Assembly (NCBI GenBank): GCA_964016885.1 | Contig: OZ024745.1 | Span: forward strand, 16,306,001-16,370,000 | Source: Eledone cirrhosa | Lineage: Eukaryota | Length of the DNA: 64,000 nucleotides | Reading direction: 5' to 3' | Part shown: positions 15,856 through 29,500 of the stretch, piece after piece | Numbering within the stretch: position 1 is the first letter of the stretch | How the letters are laid out: every line of letters starts with the position of its first letter | Made by a program: the position numbers and the translations under genes | Notes under the pieces: model-generated | The model's database searches: none | What the model saw: only the letters and a program-made list of their open reading frames with translations | Told to the model about the DNA's origin: nothing

Positions 15856-16441
15856 CTAGCAGTGGTACCCGGCGTTACACGGGATAAGATATTTTGGAAC
15901 GCGGGCCGCCAACAGACCTAATCGTGGAGACACTGCATGCGTGGACAATATGTAAAGAAAATAAACCGAATACTCTGATGGCTGGATAATCTTTAAGATT
16001 TTCCTCGATGAAGCAGGAAAAATGCAGGTTTTCACCTAATGCGAGCCCTAGGGGATCAAGAAAATGAATTTTATTTATGTGCATAATATGCCTTGAAATT
16101 TCGGGAAAATCGGCTGGACGTAACACCTCAAAAAAGCCCTAAAAAGCTGAAAAAAGTTTTTCACCTAATGCGGGCCCTAGGCCATAAAAAAGTTGGAATT
16201 TATTTGCTTACGGTATGAAGAAGAGACTGAGTAATACATAGTTACAATTTCAAGGAAATCAGTCTGACGTAACGACTCAAAACACTCCTAAAAACCTGAA
16301 AAAACGCAGTTTTTCAACTAATGCAGGCCCTAGAGGATCAAAAAGTTGAATTTTTTATGTACATAACACTCCCTGAAACAAGTAATACACATGTAAAGTT
16401 TGAAAAAAGTTGGTTGGGTACTTCTCGAGTTTTAGGGATTT

Positions 16442-16528
<87 letters not shown>

Positions 16529-16831
16529 TCCTCAGGGAAGTGATGTAATGCGGAAAGTCAGACATACAGACATATATAAGAGCGCGACGTTATATGTATG
16601 TATCTATCTAAAAAGAGAAATACTAAGATTTATAGAGGGAGATTGCTAAATCGCCTAATGCGGTCCCCAGGGCATTGAATATGAAATTTTTGCTCAGAAA
16701 ACTCCCTGAAACATAAGTATTACATGTGTAAAGTTTGAAAACAGTCGGTTGGGTGGTTCTCGAGTTTTAGGGATTCAAACTCACACACACACACACACAG
16801 AAAGACATCCTCAGTTTTATATATATATAGA
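15856..16831 (-). mobile_element. Non-autonomous Helitron
   Basis: Minus strand A|TCTATATA...CCCGTGTAACGCCGGG hairpin...CTAG|T; no TSD; internal subrepeats and (CA)n; second copy at 59523-60421. Confidence 0.85.
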
Positions 16832-16964
16832 TATTGGTGTCTGATATGATGATGTATTTTTCTGTTTTTAGAAATGGATTGATAGTATTCTATAATATCA
16901 AAACCCAGGGTATCTCTAATTAGATTTATCTTTGATGTTATCCAACCCCTTGACTTAGGAATAG

Positions 16965-17095
16965 ATCGATAAGATCCCAGAACTCATTCGCTTAACGAGT
17001 GGGGCATAGCTCGTCAAATCGGACAAAGGAAACAACGTTTCTATTGGTCTTTCCATTGCTGATACTATCTACCAGCTGCCACTCCTGGCAGATAT
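16965..17095 (+). repeat. Dispersed short repeat, family C (unclassified)
   Basis: tcggac..aggaaac...gtttc.attggtctttc..attgct.atact..ctaccag..ggcaga recurs near 56675-56755 and 63425-63550, and reversed near 32765-32830 and 33675-33735. Confidence 0.6.
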
Positions 17096-17399
17096 CTTAA
17101 TAGTGCTTTGTTTAATAAATAGTATTGTCATTGGAGTATAACACTGGCAGCTCAGGTGACCATGTCTTGTAGTCAGGACAGAAAATAAGAGTATATTGGG
17201 GGCAGTTTAAAGATGTACACTCTATAGAAGGTAGAACCTTGGATGACTCAAAACACCTGGCGTTGACTGAGTGAAGGCGAGATGAGAAAAACACATCCTA
17301 CATAAGGTAAGGCGCAGAGAGTTAGTTTGTTAAAGACGGACCTGAGTAGCGATAGAGAAATTAAAACCTTATTTCTCAAGCAGGAAGAGGAAAATTAAT

Positions 17400-17610
17400 A
17401 TTGGCTTCTGATTTAAGCACAAGGCCAACACTTTTTGGGGGAGAGGAAAGTCGATTAAATTGAACTCAGTGCATTACCGGTACCTTATTTTATCGACCCC
17501 GTAAGGATGAACGGCATAGCTAGCCTCGATGGGATTTGAACTCAGAACGTAAATAGCCGTAACTATAAACCGCAAATCATGGCGTCCGCGCTCCACAGCC
17601 CTACCGCCAT
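17400..17610 (-). mobile_element. SINE family A
   Basis: ttattttatcgaccccgtaaggatga and gggatttgaactcagaacg. Confidence 0.75.
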
Positions 17611-18329
17611 TAATAATAAAAAATCTCTCACCTGTAAACATAACATAAATGTAAAAACTTTAAAACAATCCATTCTGAGTTTTCAAAAAAATCTAATAAA
17701 CATAGTAATCTTTCGATGAATTTTGACGAGTAGCTACAGAGTTCTAAAATACAATAATAATATAATTATAAATATTTCTGGTTTGTGTTTGACATAATCA
17801 TTGGTTTGACACGATTTCCCTTCGCAGGCGGAAACAGAGGTTTTCATAGGAACAAAAAAGCAGCTTTAAAACACGTAAAAGCATTTTCTTTGTTTTCTTT
17901 GAGTATTATGGAGATAAAATAGAATGATTTCACATTCGTTTACATTTTGAAAACGAGGATTATAATTAAAAGGATCTGTAGTTGAATCAGCATGAAATTT
18001 AGAACAAGGAAAGTTGCTTTTATCGCTTGTTAATAACATTTAATAGGCCGTTACTACAAACCTTTTATCACTCCTCTTCTCACATCGACCTACCACAATC
18101 CTATGATCAAAACCTCCTATCATCTCTATAAAAAGAATCCACTTAAAACTAACATTTCTCATAACCCTCGCTTACCACAACTTGTGATTTCCAGAAGAAA
18201 AGTTTGTTTCCCCTAAGCAATGACCACAGATATTTCATCCTCGGTTTACACTTTCATATTTCTTAATTATCCTGTTTCATGATTAAGCACAGAATATAAA
18301 GGGTTGGATCATATTTTAAACTTTATATG

Positions 18330-18598
<269 letters not shown>

Positions 18599-18816
18599 AG
18601 ACGCGTGTCACTTCGCGGAGAAGTTTCCGTTAATTTATGTAAGAAAAAAACGTGAGTTTTTAGTTAAATTTTATATCATTGTGTAACTTGACCACCCGTC
18701 TGGACCTTCAGGTGGTGGGTCAACTCATTTTCGCCCCCTACAGGGGCGGAATATCCATTTAAAAATTTTTTCTCCATTGAATCTTGGAAAAAATATTGTA
18801 AAATTTTGATTACGTT

Positions 18817-20743
18817 ATGAACGCTGCGTCCAACGATAATGGTGGTGGAGAGGCGGTAAGACTACAAAGCTCGCAGTCAACAACGTCTTCTTCACTAGAT
18901 ACTATAGAGATGGAAAGACAAAATGAAAATAAAAAAACGAATTCATATCCAAACAACACAAATGACACCAAACAGTTCAATGACAACAAAAATAACAGCA
19001 AAATCAATAATGATGATAAAAGCAACAATGATAACAACAACAAAGAAAAAAATAAAGACAACGCCAATAACACCAGCATCAAAGACAACAACAACACCAA
19101 GGAAAATACGGATGATACTAACATCGGTGACAACAAGAATAACAACAACAATAACAACAATAATGACAACACCACCAATACGGATTCCACAAAGAAACCA
19201 AAAATCTCCTTTGCAGAGAAAGTTCAAAAGAAAGAACAATTGATATATCTCGACATAACAAATGCTGAACAACTTTTAAAGGACGCTAAGAGATATGTCA
19301 CTTTCGATAAAAATGGTGCTTTCAGCATCAATTCTCCGGTAGAAATTCGCAAGGAAACTGCTCTCAAAACGATAGTTTTTAGAACAGTTTCCAATTCTAC
19401 CCGAAGACCAGTCCAATTGTCACAGAAAGAAATTGAACTGGTTTTCAAAAATTCAATGAATGATATTGCATTCATTCAAAGAAGCAAACTTTTTGGGAGT
19501 ATTTCGGTACTCATGAAGGATCAATTGACGGCCCAAAATTACTCTGTGTCGCCAATTGTATCCAACCTGTACACCTTTTTCCCTACATACATGGGAAAAA
19601 GGACACAAAAGATCAGAATCACAAGTGTCACACCAAAGGTGAACATATGGTGGATACTGTGCGGCTTCATCAATTTTGATGAAGACAGAATACTGTCAGT
19701 AGGAAAGTCCCCCAGAGATGTATTCAATGGGACTAGCATTGAAGTTCTGGTGCAAATGAGCCCAGAGCGAATAGCTATGATCCCACAGCGTGTACTCCTG
19801 GACGGACTCACCTACATAAACCTTTCGGTTGAGGGTAGGCGGCCTTCAAGTTACCATTGCTTTAGCAGGGGTCACCTGAGGGCTTCCTGTCCTAAACTAA
19901 TGAACCAAAAAAAGGCTCTTCTGCCGACACCCATCAAAGCAACACAAGCACCAACACCACCACAACAACAACAACACCAACACACAAAAATAACCACAAC
20001 AAACACAGTCCCACCCAACCCCACTCCACCTAAAACCACTGCAAAATCACATACAGGCACAACAGCTCCCCAAGACATACCCCTCCCCAATCACACAGAC
20101 GATACAACAGATGAGGCTATCTCGCCATCACCCAGTGAAGACGAGGGAGAACCCCATCGCTCGAAAAGAAAGAAAAGACATCACAAAAGCAAAAAACCAG
20201 CAAACACTACCACAAACATACAACCACCAACACAAACAACAAAAATATCACAAACAAAACCCCCACCTCCTGAAAACAAAATACCTACAACAAAACGAAA
20301 GCACACACAAGAACTACAGACAAAAACAAACACAACACAAGAAAATTACACTTACACTTACATAAACACTGAAAACAAAACACTAATGGAGACCATCACG
20401 AACGACCCTTCGGTTTTCACCGAAGGGAAAACTTTCGCCCACTCTATAAAAAATAGCAAAAAACTGAACCTAAAACTGATTAGGGTCCCTATACAAACTT
20501 ATAGGTCCCTAAAAGAAACATTTGAGAAGGATGTGGGTAATTCCTGCGTGAAACCACTCAACCGCGTCCTTCTCAAATGCCTCCCCACCCCAGACACCCC
20601 CACCCCACCAGACCCCACCAGACCCCACCCCACCAAGCATCTGCGTCCCCACCTCGCCGGAAACCACCACCCATCCAGACAACCCCTCCAACACCCCCAT
20701 GGAAATCGTGCGGCCTGGTCCCCAGGAGGCGAAGGGTGAGTGA
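18817..20743 (+). CDS. ORF1p (gag-like nucleic-acid-binding protein), copy 1
   Basis: Asn-rich N-terminus, SFAE motif, degenerate knuckle SYHCFSRGHLRASC, Pro/Thr/Lys-rich tail; aligns with copy 2 ORF1. Annotated frame stops at 20739; the conserved C-terminus lies in another frame ending at 20743. Confidence 0.8.
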
Positions 20744-20776
20744 TCTCTTTTCCTCTTTTAACTTTTCAGCACCAAC

Positions 20777-23700
20777 ATGGCCAATATAAGAGTTGGATGT
20801 GTGAACGTACGCGGCCTGGGGATGCCCTGGAAACAGGGCAAACTCTTAAACGACCTCAGGTCGCACAGTATGGATGTGGTAGCCATTTGCGAGTCCAGGA
20901 TCCACGGCGAGCGACAGCTGGCCCCCATCTTCGATGACTTTGAGATCTACGCATCTCTCTGTCAACCGGGGGGTGGGGGCGGAGTTGCCGTTTTGCTGCG
21001 GAAACACCTGGGCCTCGTAACACAGACGGTACATCTGGACCCGGAGGGTCGACTGGTGGTCCTAGACGTTGACGGTAGTGAAGGTGGAGCCTTCAGGCTG
21101 GTGGCCGCATATGCCCCATCCGGGACACCGCGGCCAGACTTCTTCAAACGTCTAGAGACTTTTCTGGGAACGTCCCGCTCCTTGCTTTTAGTGGGGGACT
21201 GGAATGGAATCCTAGATGCACGTTGGGACTATGTGGGAGCATGTCCCGATAAAGGGGGGTGTAACAGCCTCAAACAGTTAATCGACCGATTTGACCTGGC
21301 CGATAGATATCGACTAGATTTTCCGACTGCGCCACTGTGGACGTGGAGTAATCGTAGCGGAACATCTAGATCGTACCTAGATAGGGTTCTAGTTAGAAAT
21401 AAGGATAGGGACATGTTAAGCTGTCCACAAATGTTCATGGTTGCCTATTCAGATCACAAACTAGTGACCTGCATGGCCAGCCTTGATAGAACCCATAGAC
21501 AAGGACCCGGCTACTGGAAGCTGAACTTGTCGTTACCGACAAGCAAAGCCTACAGTAGACGGATTAGCACTTTAGTTAAACAGCACTTGACAGGGGCCAT
21601 TGTCAACAACAGATGGTGGTACTCTCTCAAGAGGGCAGTTAGATTAGACTCGATAGTTTTTAGTAAAGAATTAGTGTTAGATAGAAATAGAACCGAGAAG
21701 GAACTGGTAGATAAAGTAGAAGAGGCAATTAGAAGTGGCAACGTAGCCAGCGTGCTAGCAACGAGAACGGCCTTGGACAAGTTCTTCGACGCAAAGCACG
21801 AGGGCTGCGTTGTCAGAAGCAAAATACGTGCTCTGGGAAACGAGGGAGCCAAAGCTGTTAGCTGGGCCCGAGTGACGGAGGCAAAAAGTGGCAACAACTC
21901 CACGATTCGGTCTTTGAAGGACCAAAACGGACGCGTGATACGTGAGCCGAAGCAGATGTGTGCGGCTTTTCAGCGGCACTTTGCTCGGCTGTTCGGGGGG
22001 GAGCGGCGCGCCGGGAGAGGCTATGGATTTCGGTCCATACCTCGACGGCCTACCGCGACTCTCGGACAGCGAGGCAAAGTTCTGCGAAAAGCCGATTTCA
22101 GCCACTGAGATAGGGGACGCGCTGAGCCAATGCGGCAAACGCAAATCTCCAGGTCTCGACGGTCTACCCTACGAATTTTACGTAGCAATGCCGGACTTAT
22201 TCTCCGGTCTCCTGGAAGCGGTCTACTGCAACTGGCAACAGAACGGGAGAATTCCCAGTTCTGTAACCGGGGGTGTGGTCACACTAATCAGGAAGGACGA
22301 GAATAAGGGGGATGACATAGGCAACTTCCGGCCCATAACTCTGCTAAACACAAAGTTACAGATTTTGGCCTAGGTGTTGGCAAAGAGGCTGGCGCTTGTC
22401 GTCGAGAACCTGGTAGGAGAAGCGCAGACATGCGCAATCCCGACCAGGTCCATACACGACAACCTCCACCTCATGCAATACATCATAGAGAGGGTAGGGT
22501 GTAAACCCGGCTTCGATGGGGCCCTGATCAACTTGGATCAGTCTAAGGCTTTCGATAGGGTTGACCATCGTTACCTGGATGCGGTGCTCGAGGCGGCAGG
22601 CTTCGGACCCGTGTTCAAGGGCTGGATCGCTGCACAACAGCAACATCTGCTCAAGGGTCAAGGTGAACGGCTACCTCTCGGAGCCGTTCCATATTACGCG
22701 ATCCATTCGACAGGGATGCCCTCTCTCCTCCCTTCTGTACGTACTGACTCTCGAGCCACTACTGCGGAAGCTGGAGCTATTGCAGGGCATCCCTCTGGAA
22801 CCGGGACTGCGGAAAGCGGCGTCGGCCTACGCCGACGACGTGACAGTAATGGTGTCGAGCGCCTCGCAAATCGAGGAAGTCGGCACCTTACTGAAGGAAT
22901 ACGAAAGTCTCACAGGAGCGAAGCTGAACCGGGACAAGTCCATCGGTTTGCAACTCGGATCGTGGAGAGGCAGACCGATGCCTTCCGGTGGCGTCGTCGA
23001 ACGCTGGACGGAAGGACCGTTAAAGCTACTTGGGGTCTGGTTTGGTCCGGACCTCCAGGTGGAGAAGAACTGGAACGAAGTGACGGCCAAGGTGTTTGCA
23101 CTCACCCAGAAGTGGGCCGCGAGCAAACTATCCTTGAAAGGTCGAGCGGAGGTGGCGAACACTTTTATAGCGTCCGCCATCTACTACCGCTTGACCGTCG
23201 TGCCTTGTCCAGCCAAAACGCTCGCCAAAATGGAGCGCGCGCTCTTCCGATTCCTTTGGAAGAGGCGGGCTCCTTTGGTGAAAAGATCCATCTGCTGCCA
23301 ACACCGTTCTAACGGAGGGCTGGGGATGCCGTGGTTGACGATGCGCAAACACGCGCCCAGGCTGCGGCATCTCTACGTATTCCTCACCGGACAACCGGTG
23401 TGGGCCCCGTTCGTGAGGCGAGCCTTCCCACGACTCGTCTCGCTGACCGAGCTGCAGTCCTGGGTCAAGCAAAGACCGAGGAAAATGGGCGACTGGCACA
23501 TTGAATGTGCTCAGGCGCTCACAGCCCTCTGGCAGGCGGACCCGGCGATCAGTGGAGACTCCACTTCGTCATTCTATAGAGGGTTAGTCCGCAGCAAGTG
23601 CGACGACGCGCTCGGTGAAACTCTAGGCGTAGAGGAAGATGAACTGGCCAGTCTGTTCGGTAGGACCTTCCGCCCGGGACCGATGGACAACTTCCAAAAG

Positions 23701-24210
23701 TCCCTGGCCTGGCAGTGCTACCGAGGAGCTCTACCAGTTCGAGACAAGCTCTACAGACATGGGCGCCCGGGCAGGGACCCTGCAAAAAAGATCTGTCCGA
23801 GGTGCGTGCGAGACGAAGAAACCGTCGCGCACGCATTCATACACTGCCCGGGCGTCACTGACCTGTGGGGCTATGTAGAACGACTATTGTCGCGGGTGGG
23901 ACCAGTCCAGTTGACCACCGAGTCCATTGTCATGATCAAACCGCCACCCTCCTTCAAAAACGAAGGAGACGCGGTTTTCCTTTGTGTGATAGCTATGGCG
24001 AAAGAGGTTGTATGGTGGACAAGGTTGAAAGGGCTGAGGTCAGACACCTTTCTCTCCGGCCAACAACTGATTCTTTTTTTCAAATACCACTTTGGAAGAA
24101 GAATCAGGATGGAGAGAGAGGTGCTGTACCTCAGCAAGTTTTATGAAAGGTGGGTGAAAGTGGCGAGAATGGCCCGAGTGAATGGGCCTTCTCTCTATAT
24201 CAGCCTGTAG
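20777..24210 (+). pseudogene. ORF2p APE endonuclease / reverse transcriptase / zinc finger, copy 1 (disrupted)
   Basis: NVRGL, GDWN, SYLDR, SDH (APE); KSPGLDG, FRPITLLN, DQSKAFDRV, RQGCPLS, YADD (RT); CPRC..ETVAHAFIHC. Frameshift near the G run at about 22000, TAG at 22371-22373 (AAG in copy 2), frameshift near 22633. Confidence 0.92.
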
Positions 24211-24451
24211 GTTGAGGAAAAGGAGGAGGAGAGGAAGGGAGTACAAACTCTTCGTACTCCTGGAGATGAGGGTTGCACATTTTTTTTCGGGGGTATGTGT
24301 TACCCATATAAACTGTCTCCCTCTATTGGGGAAAATCGACTAACTTTTTAAATTCCATCTGTGATAACATTTTACACGTTTTTATTGTATGTAAACTTCC
24401 CCCTTTGTATTTGTCCCCTTCTTTTGTGCCCCTGTGGCTAATAAAGAAATA

Positions 24452-24467
24452 TATCTATCTATCTATC
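24452..24467. repeat. (TATC)n spacer between copies 1 and 2
   Basis: Direct reading. Confidence 0.9.
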
Positions 24468-24683
24468 TCTCTGGGATGGACACACGCGTATAACTTGCTG
24501 AGTAAGTTCTGTTTAAATTTCTATAGAAATTCTTGTCTGTAAACTTTAATTTTTGTACCATTTTGTAGAGGGACTGCCAGGTCAAACTTTGATCTGGTCA
24601 GTCTCTCAAAATATTCTACGCCTTTTGGCAAAATAGTTAAGCAAAAAAAGTTTTTTCTTGTTGAAAAGTTAACATTTTTTAAA

Positions 24684-26481
24684 ATGGCTGAAGCTTCTTC
24701 ACCAAAATTCGAAGGAGGAAAAGGGAAGATAAACTTACAGCTTCCCCCTGCCACTGTCACAGTAGCAGAGGTCAAGAAGAAAGGTCAGGCAAAGGAAGGA
24801 TTTCCTCCACCTGTTATCCGACAACTTGACGTTGCCATGGCAACAACCCAAAGAACCAGCCGCACCAGCAACAGCAACAACAACAACAATGCGACGGACG
24901 AAAACAACACCAATAACAATAACAACAACAACAAGAACAATAACTCTGACAACAACAACAATGATAACAACAACACCACCAACGACAACAACAACACAAA
25001 CAAAAAAAATTTCTCCTTCGCCGAGACGGCAAGGAAAACCCTCGACTATCTGCCAGTAGATATAACCAAAGCGAAGGAGTTACTGGCAGATGCCAAAAAA
25101 TATATAGTGTACGGAGAAAATGGTTCATTCACAATCCATTCCCCCCCTCCCCGGAACTAAAAAGCCAGAGACTCCTAAACACTGTCATGTTTAGGACAAT
25201 CTCGAATAAAACCAAAAAACCAGCTCAACCATCACAGAGTGAGATAGAGCTGGTTTTAAAAGACGTCATGAAGGACATCACCTTCATTCAGAAGGATAGA
25301 CTCTACGGGAGTCTATCCATTCTCATGAAGGACAGGGACACAGCAGTGAAACTGTCCATCAGACCAATCACATCCACCGCATACACCTTCTACCCTACGT
25401 ACATGGGTAGAAGAACACAAAAAATAAAAATCCACACCATCCTGCCGATTATGGACATATGGTGGGTTTTGACAGGTTTCCTGGACCTGGAGGATGACAT
25501 GCTGGTGTCCATGGGAAAGGCATCGGGTGACGCGTTCAGTGGAATGAGCCTCGAACTTGTAGTTCAAATGAGGCCCGAAAGGATCGCCCAGATCCCTGAA
25601 CGCGTCATACTGGATGATCTAACCTTCATCAACATTACCGTTGGGGGTAGGCGGCCCTCGTGTTACCTCTGCGGAACCAGAGGTCACCTGGGGGCTGTCT
25701 GTCCCCAACTTAATAAGAAAACCCCAATCCTGCCTACACCACCAACAACTGCACAACCGACACAATCACCACAACTACCAATACAAAAACAACCACCACA
25801 GCTCAAACCAAAACAAAACAATGTCCAACCCATCCCCTCCACTCAAAAAACAAAAACAATTTCCAAAACACCCGCACCGCAAACACAACCCGAAAATATA
25901 CCCCTCCCCTCCAACGCGGAAGATGACCCTAGTTCGTCGTCAGACGAGGAGGAGCACTTCCACACAATCAAAAGAAAAAAAAGAAAACACACCTCAGACA
26001 CACAAATGAAAACAATCCCTCCCCCAAAAATAACACTGACACCAACAAAAAAGAGCTCACAACAACAGCAAACAAAAAACACCACACAAAAACAAAAACA
26101 TGCATGCACATACATAAACACAAGAAACAAAAAACTGTTAAACATTGTGTACAACAACAATCTAATAAAAACACAAGGGCCTAACTTCACCCAGGCAGGG
26201 GATTTCCCCCACCTCAAAATGATTAAGGCCCCACAGGACACCTATAAAACTTTAAAAAACAATTTTAAAGAGGACATGGGTCCCCCCTGCGTCGGGCCCA
26301 TTAACCGCGTCCTCCTAAAAAACTACCCCACCCCTCCCCAAAAACCCACACAACTCCAAACTCCCCAACCACACAACACACTGATGCCCCTACACTTCCA
26401 CAAACCACCACCCCACCCAACAACCCATCCCCCACCCCAATGGAAATTGTGCAGCCCGATACTCGGGACGCAGAGAGGTAA
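24684..26481 (+). pseudogene. ORF1p, copy 2 (frameshifted)
   Basis: Pieces 24684-25160 and 25187-26518 are joined by an indel in the C run near 25141-25152; intact CCHC knuckle CYLCGTRGHLGAVC. Confidence 0.8.
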
Positions 26482-26505
26482 GTGCCTTTTCTCTTCACCA
26501 CCAAC

Positions 26506-29500
26506 ATGGCTATGCTAAGAGTAGGCTGTTTGAATGCGCGTGGCCTGGGCTCAACTTGGAAGCAAGCAATGCTTCTAAATGACCTCAGGTCACAACGTAT
26601 AGATGTGATGGTTATTTGCGAGGCCCGGATCAGCAACGTGCGACAGCTGGCCCCCACCTTTGATGACTTTGAGATGCACGCATCTCTCTGTCAGCCCGGA
26701 GATGGGGGTGGAGTTGTCGTTCTGCTGCAAAAACATCTGGGTCTCGCAACACAGATGGTACATTTGGACCCGGAGGGTCGACTAGTGGTTCTAGACCTTG
26801 GCAGTGGTAAAGGCGGAGCGTTTAGGTTGGTAGCCGCCTACGGCCCTTTCGGGTCAATGCGGCCGGACTTCTTCCATCGTCTGGAGGCTTTTCTAGGGAC
26901 GTCCCGCTCCTTGCTATTAGTGGGGGGACTGGAATGGTATCCTAGATGCACGCTGGGACTACGTAGGGGCCTGTACCGATAGAGAGGGGTGTAATAGCCT
27001 CAAAGGGTTAATCGGTCGATTTGACCTGGCCGATAGATATCGACTAGATTTTCCGACTGCGCCAACCTGGACTTGGTCAAATCGTAGCGGATTATCTAGG
27101 TCGTATCTAGATAGGTTCTTAGTTAGAATTAAGGATAAGGACTTTTTAAGTTGTCCAAAAATGCGCATGGTTGGCTATTCAGACCACAAATTAGTGACCT
27201 GCATGGTCAACCTTGACAGAACTCATAGACAGGGACCCGGTTACTGGAAGCTCAACTTGTCCTTACCGGCAAGTAAGGCTTACAGGGACCGGATTAGCAC
27301 TTTAGTTAAGGAGCGGTTGACGGGCGGCGCCATCGTCAACAGCAGGTGGTGGGGATCTCTCAAAAGAGAGATTAGAGTAGTCTCTATAGAATTTAGTAAG
27401 GAGTTAGCCTCAAATAGATATAGGAAGGAAAGGGAGTTGGTAGATAGTGTAGAAGAAGCAATTAGAAGCGGCGACGTGGCCAGAGTGCTAGCGTCGAGAA
27501 CGGCCCTGGGCCAGTTCTTCGACGCGAAACACGAAGGCTGCATCGTCCGAAGCAAAATACGTGCTCTGGGAAACGAGGGGACCAAAGCTGTTAGCTGGGC
27601 CCGCGTGACAGAAGCCAAAAGAGGGAGCAGATCCACTATCCGGTCTTTGCGAGATCAGGATGGACGGGTGATCCTTGAACCTAAGCAGATGTGCGAGGCT
27701 TTTCAAAAGCACTTTGCCGGATTGTTCGGAAGGGGCGGGGAGCCGGTTGGGGATGTGGACTTCGGTCCATACCTCGATGGCCTGCCGCGTCTCTCGGACA
27801 GGGAGGCGAAGTCCTGCGAGGAGCCGATTTCAGCCGCTGAGATAGAGGACGTGCTGAGCCAATGCGGCAAACGAAAATCCCCGGGTCTCGATGGTCTTCC
27901 ATACGAACTATATCTAGCTATGCCGGACTTGTTCCCCGATCTCCTCGAGGCGGTCTACTGCAACTGGCAACAGAACAGGAGAATTTCCTGTGCTGTGACC
28001 AAGGGCGTAGTCACGCTAGGGAGGAAGGACGAGAACAAGGGGGACGATATAAATAACTTCAGGCCCATAACTCTGCTAAACACAAAGTTACAGATTTTGG
28101 CCAAGGTGCTAGCAAAGAGGTTGGCGCTTGTCGTAGGCAACCTGGTGGGAGATGCGCAGACATGTGCTACCCCGTCCAGGTCCATCCACGACAACCTCCA
28201 CCTCATGCGATACATCATAGAGAGGGTTGGGAACGAACCCGGCTTTGGTGGGGCCCTGATCAACTTGGATCAATCTAAGGCATTCGATAGGGTCGACCAT
28301 GGTTACCTGGATGCGGTGCTAGCGGCGGCAGGCTTTGGACCCGTTTTCAGGGGCTGGATCAATGCCATGCACAGCAGCCGCATCTGCTCCAGGGTCAAGG
28401 TGAACGGCTACCTCTCGGAGCCGTTCGAAATCGCGCGGTCCATCCGACAGGGGTGCCCTCTCTCCTCCCTTCTGTATGTAATGACTCTAGAGCCACTGCT
28501 GCGGAAGTTGGAGTTGTTGCAGGGCATCCCGTTGGAACCGGGATTGCGGAGAGCAGTGTCAGCCTACGCCGATGACGTAACAGTAATGGTGTCGACGGCC
28601 TCGGAAATCGGGGCGATCGGCACCTTACTGGAGGAGTACGAAAGGTTTACAGGGGCTAAGCTGAACCGGGACAAGTCGATCGGTCTGCAACTCGGCACGT
28701 GGAGGGGCAGATCGATGCCCTCGGATGGCGTCGTCGGGCGCTGGACGGAGGGCCCGGTGAAGTTGCTCGGGGTCTGGTTCGGACCAGACCTCCAGGTGGA
28801 GAAGAACTGGGGTGAGGTAACGAACAGGTTGTTTGCACTGACCCAGAAGTGGGCCGAGTGTAAACTGTCCCTGAAAGGTCGGGCGGAGGTGGCGAACACT
28901 TATATAGCGTCCATCATCTACTACCGCCTGACCGTTGTGCCTTGCCCAAGGGAAACGCTCGCCAAAATGGAGCGCGCACTCTTCCAATTCCTTTGGAAGA
29001 AGCGGGCTCCTATGGTGAGGAGATCCATCTGCTGTCAACACCCTTCGAAAGGAGGGCTGGGGATGCCGTGGCTAATGATACGTAAACACGCATTAAGGCT
29101 ACGGCACCTTCAGGTATTCCTCTCCGGTTAACCGGTGTGGGCCCCGTTTGTGAGACGAGCCTTTCCCAGACTCGTCTCACTCACCGAGCTGCAATCCTGG
29201 GTCAAGCAAAGACCGAGAAAACTGGGCGCCTGGCACACCGAGTGTGCCCAGGCGCTCACGGCTCTCTGGCAGGCGGACCCGGCTGTCAGTGGAGAATCCA
29301 CCTCGTCATTCTATAGCGGGCTGGTGGTTAGCAGGTACGACGACGCCCTCGGAGAAGCCCTAGGCATGGAGGAAGACGAACTGGCTAACCTGTTCGGTAG
29401 GACATTCAGCCCGGGACCCATGGATAACTTCCAGAGGTCCCTGGCCTGGCAATGCTACAGAAGGGCTCTGCCCGTTCGAGAAAGGCTCTACAGACACGGG

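Larger units (their letters stand above)
18599..24450 (+). mobile_element. Tx1-like (L1 clade) non-LTR retrotransposon, copy 1, full length
   Basis: 5'UTR, ORF1, ORF2 (APE-RT-ZnF), 3'UTR, AATAAA at 24440-24445, then (TATC)n. Confidence 0.92.

Noticed and set aside
20736-20769. GTGAGT..pyrimidines..CAG that would splice ORF1 to ORF2 in frame
   Set aside because: Only 34 nt long; copy 2 has GTAAGT but CAC in place of CAG and a 21-nt span; it also depends on an ORF1 frame that is probably not the conserved one
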